Source: an uncultured bacterium (GTDB taxonomy: Bacteria > JAGOEH01). From it: a stretch of 37,016 bases of DNA. The stretch lies in NCBI GenBank assembly GCA_964632485.1, contig CAZWDO010000001.1, positions 419,631-456,646 on the forward strand. Reading direction: 5' to 3'. The notes below the pieces were generated by a model. That model was not told the DNA's origin. It saw only the letters and a program-made list of their open reading frames with translations, and made no database searches. The position numbers and the translations under genes are program-made. Below, in pieces: positions 36,929-37,016 of this stretch. The first letter of the stretch is position 1; the number at the start of each line of letters is the position of its first letter.

Positions 36929-37016
36929 GCCGATATTGAATTCGAACATAAAGGAAGAGCTGATTGTCCCGGGAAAGATATATGATTTGACCGCAACCTG
37001 AACACGGGCAAGCCCT

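Overview
A 37 kb bacterial chromosomal segment from a draft assembly (10-N gap at 30369-30378). Every protein-coding gene I can support is on the minus strand. A T9SS-type C-terminal tail together with canonical TTGACA/TAnnnT promoters and AGGAGG Shine-Dalgarno sites suggests a non-Bacteroidetes FCB-group anaerobe (inference). In transcription order (right to left) the window holds: a DUF4160/DUF2442 pair, a chimeric HEPN remnant plus an MNT nucleotidyltransferase, SxtJ-like and DUF4330 membrane proteins, a signal-less clostripain (C11) protease with a 2-TM partner, a CDP-sugar cluster (rfbF, rfbG, rfbC-like, C-methyltransferase, reductase, glycosyltransferase), a serine hydrolase, hicB-hicA, a TM1266-like ACT protein, rubrerythrin, an nqrBCDEF operon without adjacent nqrA, a repeat coiled-coil protein, a BNR/T9SS protein, a SAM methyltransferase, a TPR gene coupled to a 1740-aa protein, a DAACS transporter, CapA, nfo, MscS, a candidate 6S-like RNA, and a multi-lamin-tail-domain gene running off the left edge that the ORF track missed. 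GTCATTCC-type REP-like palindromes are scattered between genes. The standout is the 1740-aa protein. It fuses a BrxC/DUF6079-like P-loop ATPase to a compact PglZ-like phosphodiesterase with all expected metal-ligand motifs. It is paired only with a TPR protein, with no BREX DNA methyltransferase or other brx gene nearby, so it is a candidate minimal BREX-derived two-gene system. All family assignments are from motif recognition; no database searches were run.
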